Below are positions 14,101 through 26,009 of a stretch of DNA of 64,000 nucleotides, piece by piece (within the stretch, counting starts at the first letter, position 1; each line of letters opens with the position of its first letter). The position numbers were made by a program, and so were the translations under genes. The DNA is from Monocercomonoides exilis PA203 (Eukaryota > Protista > Preaxostyla). The notes beneath the pieces were generated by a model that saw only the letters and a list, made by a program, of their open reading frames with translations, searched no databases and was not told where the DNA came from. The stretch is from the NCBI GenBank assembly GCA_001643675.2, contig LSRY02000046.1, forward strand, positions 730,034 through 794,033, written 5' to 3'.

Positions 14101-16476
14101 ATCGTTTCCAGTCATTTATCAGCAAGTTGGATACGCCTTCATCTTCTTTGACACAAAATGAGCTTGGAACACTTCCTCAGCACACGCCGAACACAATGTA
14201 TCCTATTTTGAGTACAATCAGTGTAAATAGCATGAATACGGGTGGGAAAGAGGAAGGGCTGAAGAGAGAGATGAAGATGTTGAACAGCAGCGAGCAGCAA
14301 AAATGGCTGAGTAAACACGCAAGAGAGTACAAGTCATATACGTGGTTCTTTGACAAGTGGATGGAGAAAGTGCGAACGGGGAAACAGACGAAGGAGAGTG
14401 ACGAAGGGTGCTGGAACATCCTGTACCGCCTGGCGCTGGACACGAAAGAGAGCGAGATGCTACGGAGCCTTCTCGACATCGCCCAGCGCCCATCCGCTCT
14501 GAATGAAGACAACAGTGCAAGCAGCGGACTGAGGAATGGCATAGAACTGTTAGCTCAGGTGGTGGGGACTGCAGGGGCAGCAGAGGAGATTGTGGCGATG
14601 GGGTCGTATGTGATGGTGAACTATTGTGAAGGGCTGGGGAAGAAAGAATTCACGATCGTTACACATGATGGATACAAATATGAGAGTCGAACTGATTGGT
14701 ATGATGAAGATTATCAATTCTTTTTATTCAAAAGTTAACTTCTTTTATTTCTTGAAATAAATATTCTATTTTGTGAATTCAAACATTATCCTAATTTGAA
14801 AAATCAATTTAATTATTTTTTTTCAATATTCCAACACCATTGAATTTTCTTAGCCATCGGAAGAAGATCTCCCAATATTCTATGGTCAAGCTGTTCAACC
14901 TGATGGCAACTCCCACGCCTGTTCTTCGACTGAATGCATCACGATGCATTCTCGCTCTGACTGACCATTCATTGGGGATGCATGCACTGCATGATGAGGG
15001 TAACCTCACAACAGTTTTGTATTCAATTGAGAATGATGATGGAGAAACGCTGGACAACTCTGTGTGGATTATCGCGAATGCTGCGAAGAATAGTTTGAAG
15101 ATTTTATGATTATTGAAGAAATGTTAATAAATAATAATAATAATAATAATTTCATGCAATTTTTATTTGTTATTTGTGTTTTTTTTTTAACTGATATTTG
15201 AATTCTTTCATTTTAAGGTGATATTGTAAAAGACATGTTGTATCAACTTGCAGCTGTGCGAGTTCTTCTCCGCCTTTTGACTCCATTCACTCCATCATCA
15301 GATCACTTTTCAACTTCATTAGAATCACCAACACAATCGCACACTCCGTCATTCCGAGTAGCCTCATTATCCTCTTCTTCCTCTTCCTCTTCCTCTTCCT
15401 TCTCCTCTCCTCCACACATCTCCATCGACACTTTGAAATATCTCATTCCTTCAGTTACATGTGCACTGTCCAACCTTGTTTTGAAGCATCATGGCCACAG
15501 CCGAGAATTCCTCGAAGCACAAGGCGTTCCCACGCTGCTTGCTGTTCTGAGCAGCCCAGCTGTCTGCGATGCAGCAAGCGCTGTTTACATCCTCAGCACA
15601 TTCCACTCTGTTCTCAAGCTGCTCCCAGAGTCCATTGTGCACTTTCAGAAAGGGCTACAGACGAGAGAAGGAAGAAGGGAGTTCTGCGATATTGTGAGAG
15701 GTGTTTGTGGGATTGCTGTATCAGCCTATCCACTGGGAGCACAACGCGGTGGAGAAGCTGATGAAAGGCTGAAAGTGGTGCTTGGGCGGTGCAAGGCGTT
15801 TGAGGAGATGAAGAGAGAGTTTGAGCGGATGGCGATTCCCTCGGAGAAAGAGATTGAATGGGAGATTGCATCGAGGAAAGAGACGACGGTGTGGAGGAGA
15901 GTGAGAGACGGATGGACACGCGAGACAGAGCCAGGTGCAAAGAGAGAGGCCAAAGAGAAGCAGAAGAAAGGAGGGAAGCAGAAGGGGTGGAACGAGGCAG
16001 GTGAGATGTGCCAGCTTTATGCAGATGACAACTCACCTGTGTCGCTGTTGATTTCGGCAGACTCGTTTGATCAGAGCGAATTCACAGAAGAGAACGAATT
16101 GAAGGCTGAGGGGCTGTTTCGGCCTCTTCGAAGATCCAATGGAAAGCTAAGAACGTGCTTCAGTGCAGAGCAGGCGATTGTGCAACTTGCGGGAGAGGTT
16201 TTGGCAGCTGCCGTGCCAATCAACGTGAAACTATGTTGTGTGTTCATTTTTTTTTTATATTTTATTTATTTATTTAATTACAATATATTTTCAATGAAAA
16301 TTATGAAATTCTATGTGATTGTTTATATGCATTGTTTGAATGCTTCGAAATATTGCCTTCTTTATTATTCAGATTCGCAAAAGGCATATGCAGATATTGT
16401 TCCAGTGATTACTGTATCGCACGATGGTGAAGAACTGCCAAAGGCTCGCCGTGCTACTTATCATCCTTTTAGATGA
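2159..16476 (+). CDS. Giant (~4,590 aa) protein with N-terminal FYVE-like zinc finger, probable ARM/HEAT solenoid regions and many poly-Ser inserts
   Basis: Frame-consistent exons 2159-2355, 2428-2507, 2569-14698, 14854-15092, 15218-16234 (or 16237) and 16373-16476, all with GT-AG junctions. The spliced N-terminus reads CPTC...CCLCNRQICENC...VCPTC (8-Cys FYVE-type spacing). Helical ARM/HEAT-like segments include VQHAALLALNRLA, LRLNASRCILAL and VTCALSNLV. Confidence 0.7.
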
Positions 16477-17500
16477 AATTATAATCCTTTTTTTAAAAAA
16501 ATTTTTATACTATTGCGTATTATTTGTGTGTTTTTGTTTGAGTGGAGAAAGTTGTTAAATAGAATTAATTTATTTATTTTTTAATTATTATTATTTATTT
16601 TTTCAACCGGCACTCATAATTTTTTCTTCTTCTGCTACGTTTTGCAGCCAAAAAAATAGTTATTCTTCGATTGTGAATCGATTTTTTTTTTCTTATTATA
16701 TTTTGAGCTTTTAAGTTGTATTGAAATTTTTCCTTTGAGTCATCTTATTTGAATTGTTTTATCAGTTTTATTTATCGAATTTAAATTAAACAACTTTTTT
16801 TTTTTTCAAAATTTCTAAATATTTTTTTTTTTTCTTGTTGACACTATAATTTTATATGTGTGTATATTATGTTTATAAAGAAATTCTTTTATTTCATGTG
16901 CTTTGTCCATTTCATTAGTTTTAAGCAAAAATAACAAAAGAGACAGTTGCAGAGCAATTTTAAAATACTTTGTTTTCTGAATTGGAAGATGGAAAAACAA
17001 CTTTGAGGTGTATTTTCAAATGCCTTTGGAGCCTTCCTCGTGCACTAATGAAAAATCCACACAAATTTACAAAAATAAATTTCTTTTTCTTTTTTTTTTT
17101 TCTTTTTCTTTTTTTTTCTTTCTTTTTTTTTTTGAAAAAATAAATATCTCCAAAAGCTTTTCGCTTTGTTATGTTCTGATGAAATGAAATTAAAAGTATT
17201 CATTTCAAGAAAATTATAATACACTTATTTTAGCAATTTTTCATCAAAATAATAAAGTCGTCAAAAAGCATTTCTTTCAATAATCCCACAATGATAGCTT
17301 CTTGAAGAATGAAGAATGAAATCTCTCATTCTATTTCTTCGCACAAATCATTGCCAAAGCGCAATTTCTCTTATTTTAAATTCAACGTCTTTCCAAATCT
17401 ATCTGTTTTGGAAGGATATGAAAAGCTGATGATTATCATGTGGAAATCTATCCCAAGCCAAAGTTGAACATTTAATAATCATTAAAACTTATTGATGCAA

Positions 17501-20500
17501 TCAACTTCCTGACAGCATCACATTTGATTGCTCCATCTTAACTTCATCTAATTGAGGCTCCAAATCCATATCAAATGAACGAAGCTCTTCTTTAACCTCG
17601 TCTTTGACCTTTCTTTCATCTTTCTCTGAAAGCGATGAATATGACGATGATAATAATGGTGCAGGTGCGGTTGAAAAAGATGCTTGTTCTGCTATCTGCG
17701 CCGAGTTCAACTCTGAGAATGTAGATTCTTGTCCAACAGAAGCAGAAGATGCAGATGCTGATGCTGATGCTGATGCTGATGCTGATGCTGATGATACAGC
17801 AACAGCAGCAGCATACTTTTCCGGCAAAAGAGGTTCCCTCTTCTTCTCTTCTGTTCCCAGGGCCACTCTCTTCCTCTCTGCCTCTCTCTCTTCCTCTGCA
17901 CGTGCCACATGGCTGCTGTCCCACAGCGAATGCCCAAGCTGTGCTGAAAACGGCACCGTCTGTGCCATCTCCCGCAGAAAGGGCATAATTGCGACAGACG
18001 CAGCCTCCGTAGACAGGTTTGTGTGCGCAGACGAAAGAGCAGCTGAAATCCACTTCGGAAACTTTGCTCTTTTGTCCTTCAGAGAAAACCTTTTGTCTGA
18101 AGAGGAAAAGGAAATATGCATAAATGAGTATATGTTTTCATAGTGAAACATAATTTTGATCAAATAATCAAAAGGAAAAACGAAATCAATGGTTTTTTTC
18201 AAATTTTGAAAAAAAAAATTATTTTCTCCAATAATAATTCCCATCAAACCTGCAAAAATCATAATTCCGTAGTCATCCTTCGATCTCAGCACTCTTCCAA
18301 CGCACTGTGCAGTGCTTCTCATCGCATCGAAGTTCAGCCACTCGCTTTCTGACACCCCAAAATGGAGTCTGGTGTATTCCAATCGAGCTTTCAGTGAATG
18401 TGATTCAGCTGTGTTTATGAAAGGGATCCCAAACACAATCACACAGCGTCCGTAGTGCCCTTCAAAGCAGTCGATACCTTCGCTCACTTTGCCTCGCGAA
18501 ACACACAAGAAGACTCCGCCTCGGCCACTGTCACAGGCCTATGGGAAACATTGAGCGTTGAATTGTGTCAAAATCGAAATGAAGAATAAGAAAATAAAAG
18601 AATATTAAAAGCAAATAAATATTTTAAATTATTAATTTAGAAAAGAAAACAACGAGAAAGCTCAAACCAGTCTGTAATTTGTAAGTGCAACGCCTGTTTC
18701 CACAGCATTTGGCGTTTCCACAAATATCAGCTTGTTTTGGTAGATTTGGTTCAGAAGGTTCATTTCACTCCAACTGCTGACAATATCTCCCAGATACTAA
18801 GAACACGAAAAGAAATCAGATTTAAAAGAAGATAAAATTATAAAAACACACAAATAAATAAATAATAACGCAAAACTCTCAATTTTTTTTTTTTTGAAAA
18901 GAAAATAGTTTTAATGATAACAATGTTAAAACTCATCAAAAAAACTATCAAAACTAATACATCATCTTATCTCATCAATCACACCTTGTATGAAGGGAAA
19001 AAGGCCACAATTCCATCGGGCACAATGCTGCTCAGTGTCACAAGAAGAGACCCAAAGTTTCTGACAACAGAATAATCGTGTCTCACTTCGAACTTGGTGG
19101 ACATGGGCAGCTGATCTGATCCTCTTGTTACAATCTTGAAAAAAAGTATTGGATAAAGAGTTTGAAAAATGAGAAAAAGATAGATGGAAAGAATACATGA
19201 ACATATAAAATAATTTTAAATATTCAGATAACTTGTATTTTTTTTAAAATCAAATTGTACTGCAACAAAACTCTCAATTCATTTAGGTTTCCCTTCCCTC
19301 CCCACACAAAAATTGTTAACATAACACACCAAAGGCAACGCACACTGCCTCGACAGCGACAACGAGTAGCTTTCAACCAGTGTGGGTGTTATGCCTAGCA
19401 GCGTTGGATACATCGACAGCGGAGAAAGAGTGCCGCTTGTGATGATCACTGTGTCTGCCCCTTCCACCACAGGCGCCATCACCAGCCGCGGATCATGGCA
19501 GCATAGCCGAAGAACTGCTCCATATTCTCCATGGCTGGCTGTGGGGATGGATTGTCCAGATGGAAAAGCAGAAGCAGAGGGAATAGAGGAAGATGAAGGC
19601 GAAGAAGAAGAAGAAGAAGAAGGCATCAGCAATGAGCTTCCAAATGGTCTCAATTTCCCGCAGCCTTCCATCACAACCGAGAACCCGTCCTTGTATGTGG
19701 CGACCATCACGCCGAACTGGCACAGGCGCTGTAGCGAAGCAAAGCGGATGATCTGTTTCACTTCGAGTGTCGCTAGAAGACTTTGCAGCCGATCACATAA
19801 ATGCAGCAAAGGAGCGGTGTCAGTGATCTGCGCGGTCTCAGCGAGGGTAAACAGGAAATACGATGGAGATTCGACAAATGGAGTGTCTTGCTTGAAACGA
19901 TAGCGCACAAATGCCAGCCAGCGCCGAAGGAAGGCGAGGAAATGCTCTGCCCGTCGAATGCTGCCGGGAATCGCAGCTGAAATAATATCCTTCGAAAGCA
20001 CTTGGATGATGCGAATATTGAACGTTGAATTTTTAAAAATAAATGCAAATTGATAAAAAGCATATGATAAGCAATAATATTTAATTTAAAAAAGAAAATA
20101 CAAATATAAACCAGGTGGTCCAATAAGTGCATCTCCTCCTCTTTGCTGGATGTCTTTTGAAATTTCTTCTCTCATTTGCTGATAATCATCTCTCAGCCTT
20201 GCTGTTGCTGTGTGTCTTTCCCTCTTTAGCAGCACAATCAATTCTTCAATCCTTTTCTCGCACTCATCCACGTCATTCTTCGTCAACTCCACAGAAAGTG
20301 AGTCGATGCAGGTGTTATCGATGTTGTGCGCCTCATCGAACACAACAATATCACGCCTTTGAGTTTGAAGACCCACAACTTCACTGATTTTTGGATCGAG
20401 AAGGTATTGATAGCATCCGACAATCACATTACAGCGAGAAACTCCAACTCGTGCTGTGTGATAAGGACAAACTCCGTTCGCCTTTCCCTCGTTTCGCAGA

Positions 20501-21126
20501 TCACTCAGGGAATGTGCTCCAAGTCCAAGAAGCGTTTCAGGTACGTGCGATTCAAAGGCTTCGTAGAAAGGGCATGTTTCGATGTCTGGTGTCTCAACAG
20601 CCTTCTCTCGGACCCATCTAGCAGTTAAATCACGGCACGCGCTATCACATTCAGCTCCTGACGGCATGCAAGCTACTTTTGGATTTATGCACAAGTTGAA
20701 ACGAGAAGATATTCCAATGCTCTGTATTGGGGTTGTTTCAGCATTATGCTCCTGAATAGTCGCTACAACGCGTCTGATTTCTGCGTGAACTTTTTGAGTC
20801 TCAGAAACAGTTCTTGTAAGATATATTAGCCGCCTTTTCTCGGAACATGTTTGAAAATGAGACAAAATTAACGAAATAAGAGCAATTGTTTTTCCAGTCC
20901 CACTTGGCATCTCAAGAATACAATGACCAGTTCGATCTAAAACGCCTTTTAAATCTCGCATATATCGGTATTGCTCCGGATAAATATGAGAGTATGGAAA
21001 GAAAACAGGAAGGCCATCGATATATATTCTTTAAAAAATAGAAGATTCATTGTTGTAAACAATTGCATGTCCATGTTATAGCAATATAGGTATTAAACAT
21101 ATTCATTTAAAGTAATCAAACTTCAT
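17501..21126 (-). CDS. ERCC2: TFIIH XPD/Rad3 Fe-S DNA helicase (~918 aa, 7 exons)
   Basis: Exons 21122-21126, 20112-21028, 19330-20000, 18985-19134, 18668-18796, 18250-18538 and 17501-18096 (2,757 nt in total). Motifs: MKIYIDGLPVFFPYSHIYPEQY, EMPSGTGKT, four Fe-S Cys (NLC, SACRDLT, CPFYE, CPYH), FDEAHNID, ITSGTLSP, PDGIVAFFPSY, RGKVSEGID, AQCVGRVLRSKDDYG. Confidence 0.95.
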
Positions 21127-21326
21127 TATTTTATATTAATGGATTAAAAACGAACAAAAACGACAAAATAATATTGTTGAACAAAAATTAAAAAATAACG
21201 GGTCGAACAATATGAAAATTTTTAACAAAAATTCTATCGAAAAATATTAAAAAATACAAATATCCCAAGATTTCCTTAGCAAGGAAATTGTAAATGAATA
21301 ATCATAACATTATCTTTTTTGTAATT

Positions 21327-22374
21327 TTATATAGAAAAGCTTCTAATTGAAACTTCTTCTCCAACAAGTTCCATTTCTTCGGAATCTTCTTCATAACGAA
21401 TTTCTTTTTGTTTGGATGTTGCTGAATCAAGGTGATCAAGCTTAACTTTGCGAACTATGAGCGTTCCTTTAGGTGAAATTCGAAGCACATGCGCTGGAAA
21501 TTCTCCGCCAGCTTCTCTAAAAATTAAGCACTCATTGAAAAACAATTCTTAACAAACAATAATCATACAAATTTTTAGGAAACACGTTTGCAATCTGGCC
21601 AATTAGCTTATTCATTTGTGAATACCGTTCAAAAAGCACATCAAATGGTTCATTTGCCCACTTTTCCCACTTATCGCAAATTTTTGCCAGAAGAATTTCC
21701 CTTGAAACTTCATGTCCGAGTATATCCTTTACGCTAACTGCTTTATAGATCGGTGAAGTTGGCATAGACAATTGTGCCTTTGCTTCTTCGGCAAAACTTG
21801 AATTTACATTTATTCCAAATCCAGCAGCAAGACCCCAGCACATCTCTTCAGATTCTGTTTTGTCATCAGAACCACATTCGTTTTCAAGAGGCACAACTTC
21901 TACTAAAATTCCGCATATCTTTTTTCCTTCACAAATTATATCATTTGGCCATTTCATCCAACAAGGTGGGCATCCAATTTCCATCAAGCCCTCGATAACT
22001 GCAATAGGAACAGCAAAACGAATCGTATTAAACCATCTTTCAAGAGGTTCAAGTCCTTTTTCCCTCGGAACCTGAGGTGATCTAACAGCAACTGTGCAAA
22101 GAATATCTTTTCCAAAAGCATTATCCCATTTACGTGCATAGCTACCTCTTCCATTTGTCTGATATTCTGCCAAAAATAACTTTTGTTTAGCGCCTGATTA
22201 AATATCAATTATTACCTTTCAAAAATATTTATTTCTTTCAGAACCTGCTTTTAATCCCTTTCGAGCTTCGTCCATGGTTGATCCGCATCCATCAGGATAA
22301 AATTCAACTTCTTTTCCCATTTCTTTTGTTGTTAGTTTTTCGGTGAATTCCTTTTCATTGAATCGACCTTCCAT
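21327..22374 (-). CDS. Biotin--protein ligase (BirA/BPL family, no N-terminal HTH; ~314 aa, 3 exons)
   Basis: Exons 22245-22374, 21569-22193 and 21327-21516. Motifs: GSTMDEA, AEYQTNGRG...RKW, KWPNDI, GKKICGILVE, GFGINVN, plus a C-terminal SH3-like segment (ISPKGTLIV). Confidence 0.9.
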
Positions 22375-22948
22375 CTCGTTTTTATTCTGCAAAATATCAA
22401 ATTTGATCTTAATAATAATAAAATACTTTTGTTAATTCAAATCAATTTCAACACTTTTTTTTTGTTTATTCAATTATCAAATTATTAGTCCAACAACAAA
22501 CGACTTTATTTAAAGTGATCTAATCTTTTTTTAATTTGTTTTCAGCCTCTCTTTCCTTTAGAAAATAATTCATGAATTCAGGAACGGAATATTTATCCTG
22601 AAATTTTGTTCAAAGCCATTTTGTCAAAATAATGACTCGAAAAATCAACATTCATATTTACTGTTGAATTTTTTTCTGTTCAAAGGTCTTTTAATTTTTT
22701 TTTTAAATTAAAAAAGATAAAAATTCGTTGTGATTAGAAAACATTTCACTTTCATCAATTGATTGTCAACTTGTCTTGTAACAAAAAAATATGAAAATTT
22801 ACAAATTTTCAACTTAAACTTTAAAATTAATACAAATAATCGAAAATAAAATAAAATGTGAAAAAGAATTGAATAACAAAAAATCAAAAATCTTTTCATA
22901 TCAAGCACAATAATTGGGGGAAAAACTCACATGAATGTTGAAGTGAAA

Positions 22949-24008
22949 CTACTCAAAAGAACCAGAAGAATGGGAAGATGAAATATCCGAAGCATTGACC
23001 TGATCCAAAATTTTCGAAGCTTTCTCCATTTCTAGGAAAATTTTTTTTTGATATTCGAACGGTTTCACCAGAATAATTTCTTGAATTATTACTAAAAATA
23101 AACAAAAGGCATACCTATAATCAAAGATGCAAACATTGAGGAACTCATAGACAGTTTCGCTGCGGGAAATGGAGCTTCTTTTCCAATAGCCGACGGTTGC
23201 ATTTCAAATGAAACAATTGGAAATCCCATCTGTTGTGTAGAGTTTGTTAAAACTGGAAGGTCAACTCTGTAATCAAATCGCTCCAAAGTTGGTACTGCAA
23301 TCCAAAAATGAACAAACAATTGTTTTGAAATCATTCTGAAATTAAGAGAAATCAAAATTTGAAAATTGTAACAAACAATGAAATGTTTTTGATGTTAAGT
23401 ACTCCGAAAGAAATTCCCTATTCTTTTCAACTTCTTTTGAAATAACTTTACTATGTTCTAAAAATAATAAGAAATTGAAACACTTTATGAAAATTAAAAA
23501 AACGAACATATCACACCAATTGGAATTCCAAGTTGTTGCAATTCATCTAACAACACTTCCTCACTGCAGTTAAAACGAACAGCATTTATCTTCGAAAATT
23601 ATTTTTTAAAGATTGCAAATGAAAATTTTCTTTTGAAAATTCAGAAGCAAACAATTATAAAACGTAAAACAGCAAGTGCTGATCTTATTTCTGACGGGTT
23701 TATGCCAGCTGAGTTCAAATGTTTCATAAAAACTGATTCCTGAAAAACACAATGAAAAATTCGAGAATAAAACAAATTGATAAAATAAAACGATATCAAG
23801 AAAAATATGACCAACATCAATCTCATTACCAAGTGCTTCTTTAATTATTCCAATGCAAATTGCCTTCAAACGAACTGATGACTGAATGAAAAAATTATCA
23901 ATTTAACTTTATGGGGGAAATGTAATGGCAAACGTATTTCGAAAGCAATGTCACTTCAGAAAGAAGCCAGTTTGGAACGTCGACTTTTCCATAAAAATTA
24001 AATTTCAT
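22949..24008 (-). CDS. COMMD4: COMM domain-containing protein 4 (Commander/CCC complex), 7 short exons
   Basis: Spliced translation MKFNFYGKVDVPNWLLSEVTLLSKY|SSVRLKAICIGIIKEALGNEID|...SALAVLRFII|INAVRFNCSEEVLLDELQQLGIP|EHS...|...FDYRVD...|EMEKASKIL, ending TAG at 22949. This closely follows the COMMD4 pattern (MRFRFCGDLDCPDWVLAEI; ELQQLGLPKEH; WRVD). The ORF track shows only fragments. Confidence 0.88.
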
Positions 24009-25536
24009 TTTTCTCTTATGGTAAACTTAATGATCTGGAGAATAAATTTGGATATTTTGTTTCAAAGCATAGAATGAAAATGACTTCTACGTTCCTCTCA
24101 AATATTGGTAGACGGGAACGAATCATCTTGATGATTTGCGCATTCTATTGTTGTTAAAAGTGATCTTGAAACTTAAAACTTGATTCTTTTTCTTTTCAAA
24201 TAAATACAGCAAAATAAAGAGAAAATCTCGTTTGTCTTGAATCAATTTTTAATGAACAATAAACAATATAGACTTTGATTGGGGAATTGTATCTGTGAAA
24301 GTGATGCAAGACATTTGATAACTCACTCCAAATATTTTGTCAAATGGATTTTCTGTTCATAAAAGAAACGATTTTTTTTCAAAAGGCCACTTCACAATTT
24401 ATGTTTGCATTTGATGAATTATTGAAAAGTCAATATAACTGGAGAAGAAGAATTCGCTTATTATGTGAAAATTTTGAATTTAGCATTCTTTGAGGTGCTT
24501 CAGTATCTGCTTTAATCATAAGAATGAAATTTCATTTACGTTTAGCAAACACAAGATAAAGAAAACGAAGATCAAAAAAAGGAAGAGGAAGATGAAGGGA
24601 TTGATGTGCGCAATAGAATAAAGATGAATATGTAATCAAATGATAAAGAATTCGATGAAGATAAAAAAGGATTTACAAAAACGAGCAAAAGTCCCCTCAA
24701 CAATTTTTCCTTGTGTCAAGCCAACCATGACATTAGATCATCTTATTGCATTCAATGATTTTGTCATAATTCCAATTTGTGGATTCTTTTTCAACATATT
24801 CATCTACCTTTTTAGTGTTAATGAATTAATCGTTTTCATCTTATTTGCTAAATCTCTCCAGATTATGTGTTCATTAGTTCAAATGATCTCTTCAAAGGTA
24901 TTCAAACACATTAACTTTTGCTTATTTTTTGTTTTTTTAACAGCTAAATTTCGACTTGAAAAAAAAATGGTGCATCAAAACGCATAGTTAGCTTCGTAAT
25001 TCAAAGAACAGATGGAGTTTCGCACAATCACTCGTTATTTAATTCTAATACGAATTAAGAACAGGTGCGCGCAGAGGAACAAAATACGCCACCAGTTTTC
25101 AAATAAACAGTAAAAAGCTCATTTAAAAGATGTGATCTGAAAGATCAAAATATAAATTTCAAAAATGGTTTTTGAAAAAACTGCGAACAAACAAATTAAA
25201 AAAGCGATTCAAGAAATTAAAATATGAGAATGAGAAAAGAATTCAATAAACAAATAAAAAAAGTTAGAATCAACATTTTTCCAAAACTAATAAATTAGAA
25301 AGAAGTTAATTGTTTCTGATAAAAAAGAAAGAAAGAAAGAATGTTTTAAATGAAAGAGAGAAAAAGAAAAGAAAGGTGATTTTGATGGCGACAGAAGATT
25401 TGGAAACAATGAAGAAATAGTGACAAAAAGATTTTTGCATAAAAACGACGACTAATCAGAAAAAGTGAACAGGTCATTTAGCACATTCCAAAAAATGGCT
25501 GTAAATAAGAACACAAAAGATTTGAAATGGCATTTT

Positions 25537-25571
25537 AATAAAATAAAATAAAATAAAATAAAATAAAATAA
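25537..25571. repeat. (AAAAT)n pentanucleotide microsatellite
   Basis: About 7 tandem AAAAT units visible in intergenic DNA. Confidence 0.85.
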
Positions 25572-25943
25572 TGAGAATAAGAATAAGAAGATTATGATTA
25601 TGATAATGATAACGATTTCCATTGACAGATGCTAATCAACCAGTTGAAAGCTGGATTGCTTAACCAAAGTACGAAATGAACAAATGGTGTGCTAATGGAG
25701 ATTAATTACAAAGAAGAAGAAGTTGAATAAAAGATGATGGAAAAAATAAAATGAGGTTAAATTTTTTTATAGCTTTTATGAAGATGATTGTACAAAGAAG
25801 ATCACCAACACAAGAAGATTTGGAAAAGAATCCAACAAATCAACAGAAGTCCCATTCGTTAAAATGTGTTTTATAATTGTCTGAATTATTTATTTTATAA
25901 TAATTATTATTATTCTTTCAATGTTTTTATTTATAAACCATTT

Positions 25944-25944
<1 letters not shown>

Positions 25945-25978
<34 letters not shown>
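25945..25978. repeat. 34-nt poly(T) run (poly-A on the minus strand) about 30 nt downstream of the ArfGAP stop
   Basis: Direct reading of the sequence. Confidence 0.85.
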
Positions 25979-25983
<5 letters not shown>

Positions 25984-26009
25984 GTCCGGCAAAATGAAAT
26001 CAATAACAT

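Noticed and set aside
25945-25978. Poly(A) tail of a retroposed ArfGAP copy
   Set aside because: The ArfGAP gene keeps two introns, no target-site duplication is evident, and long A/T runs are common in this window's non-coding DNA.
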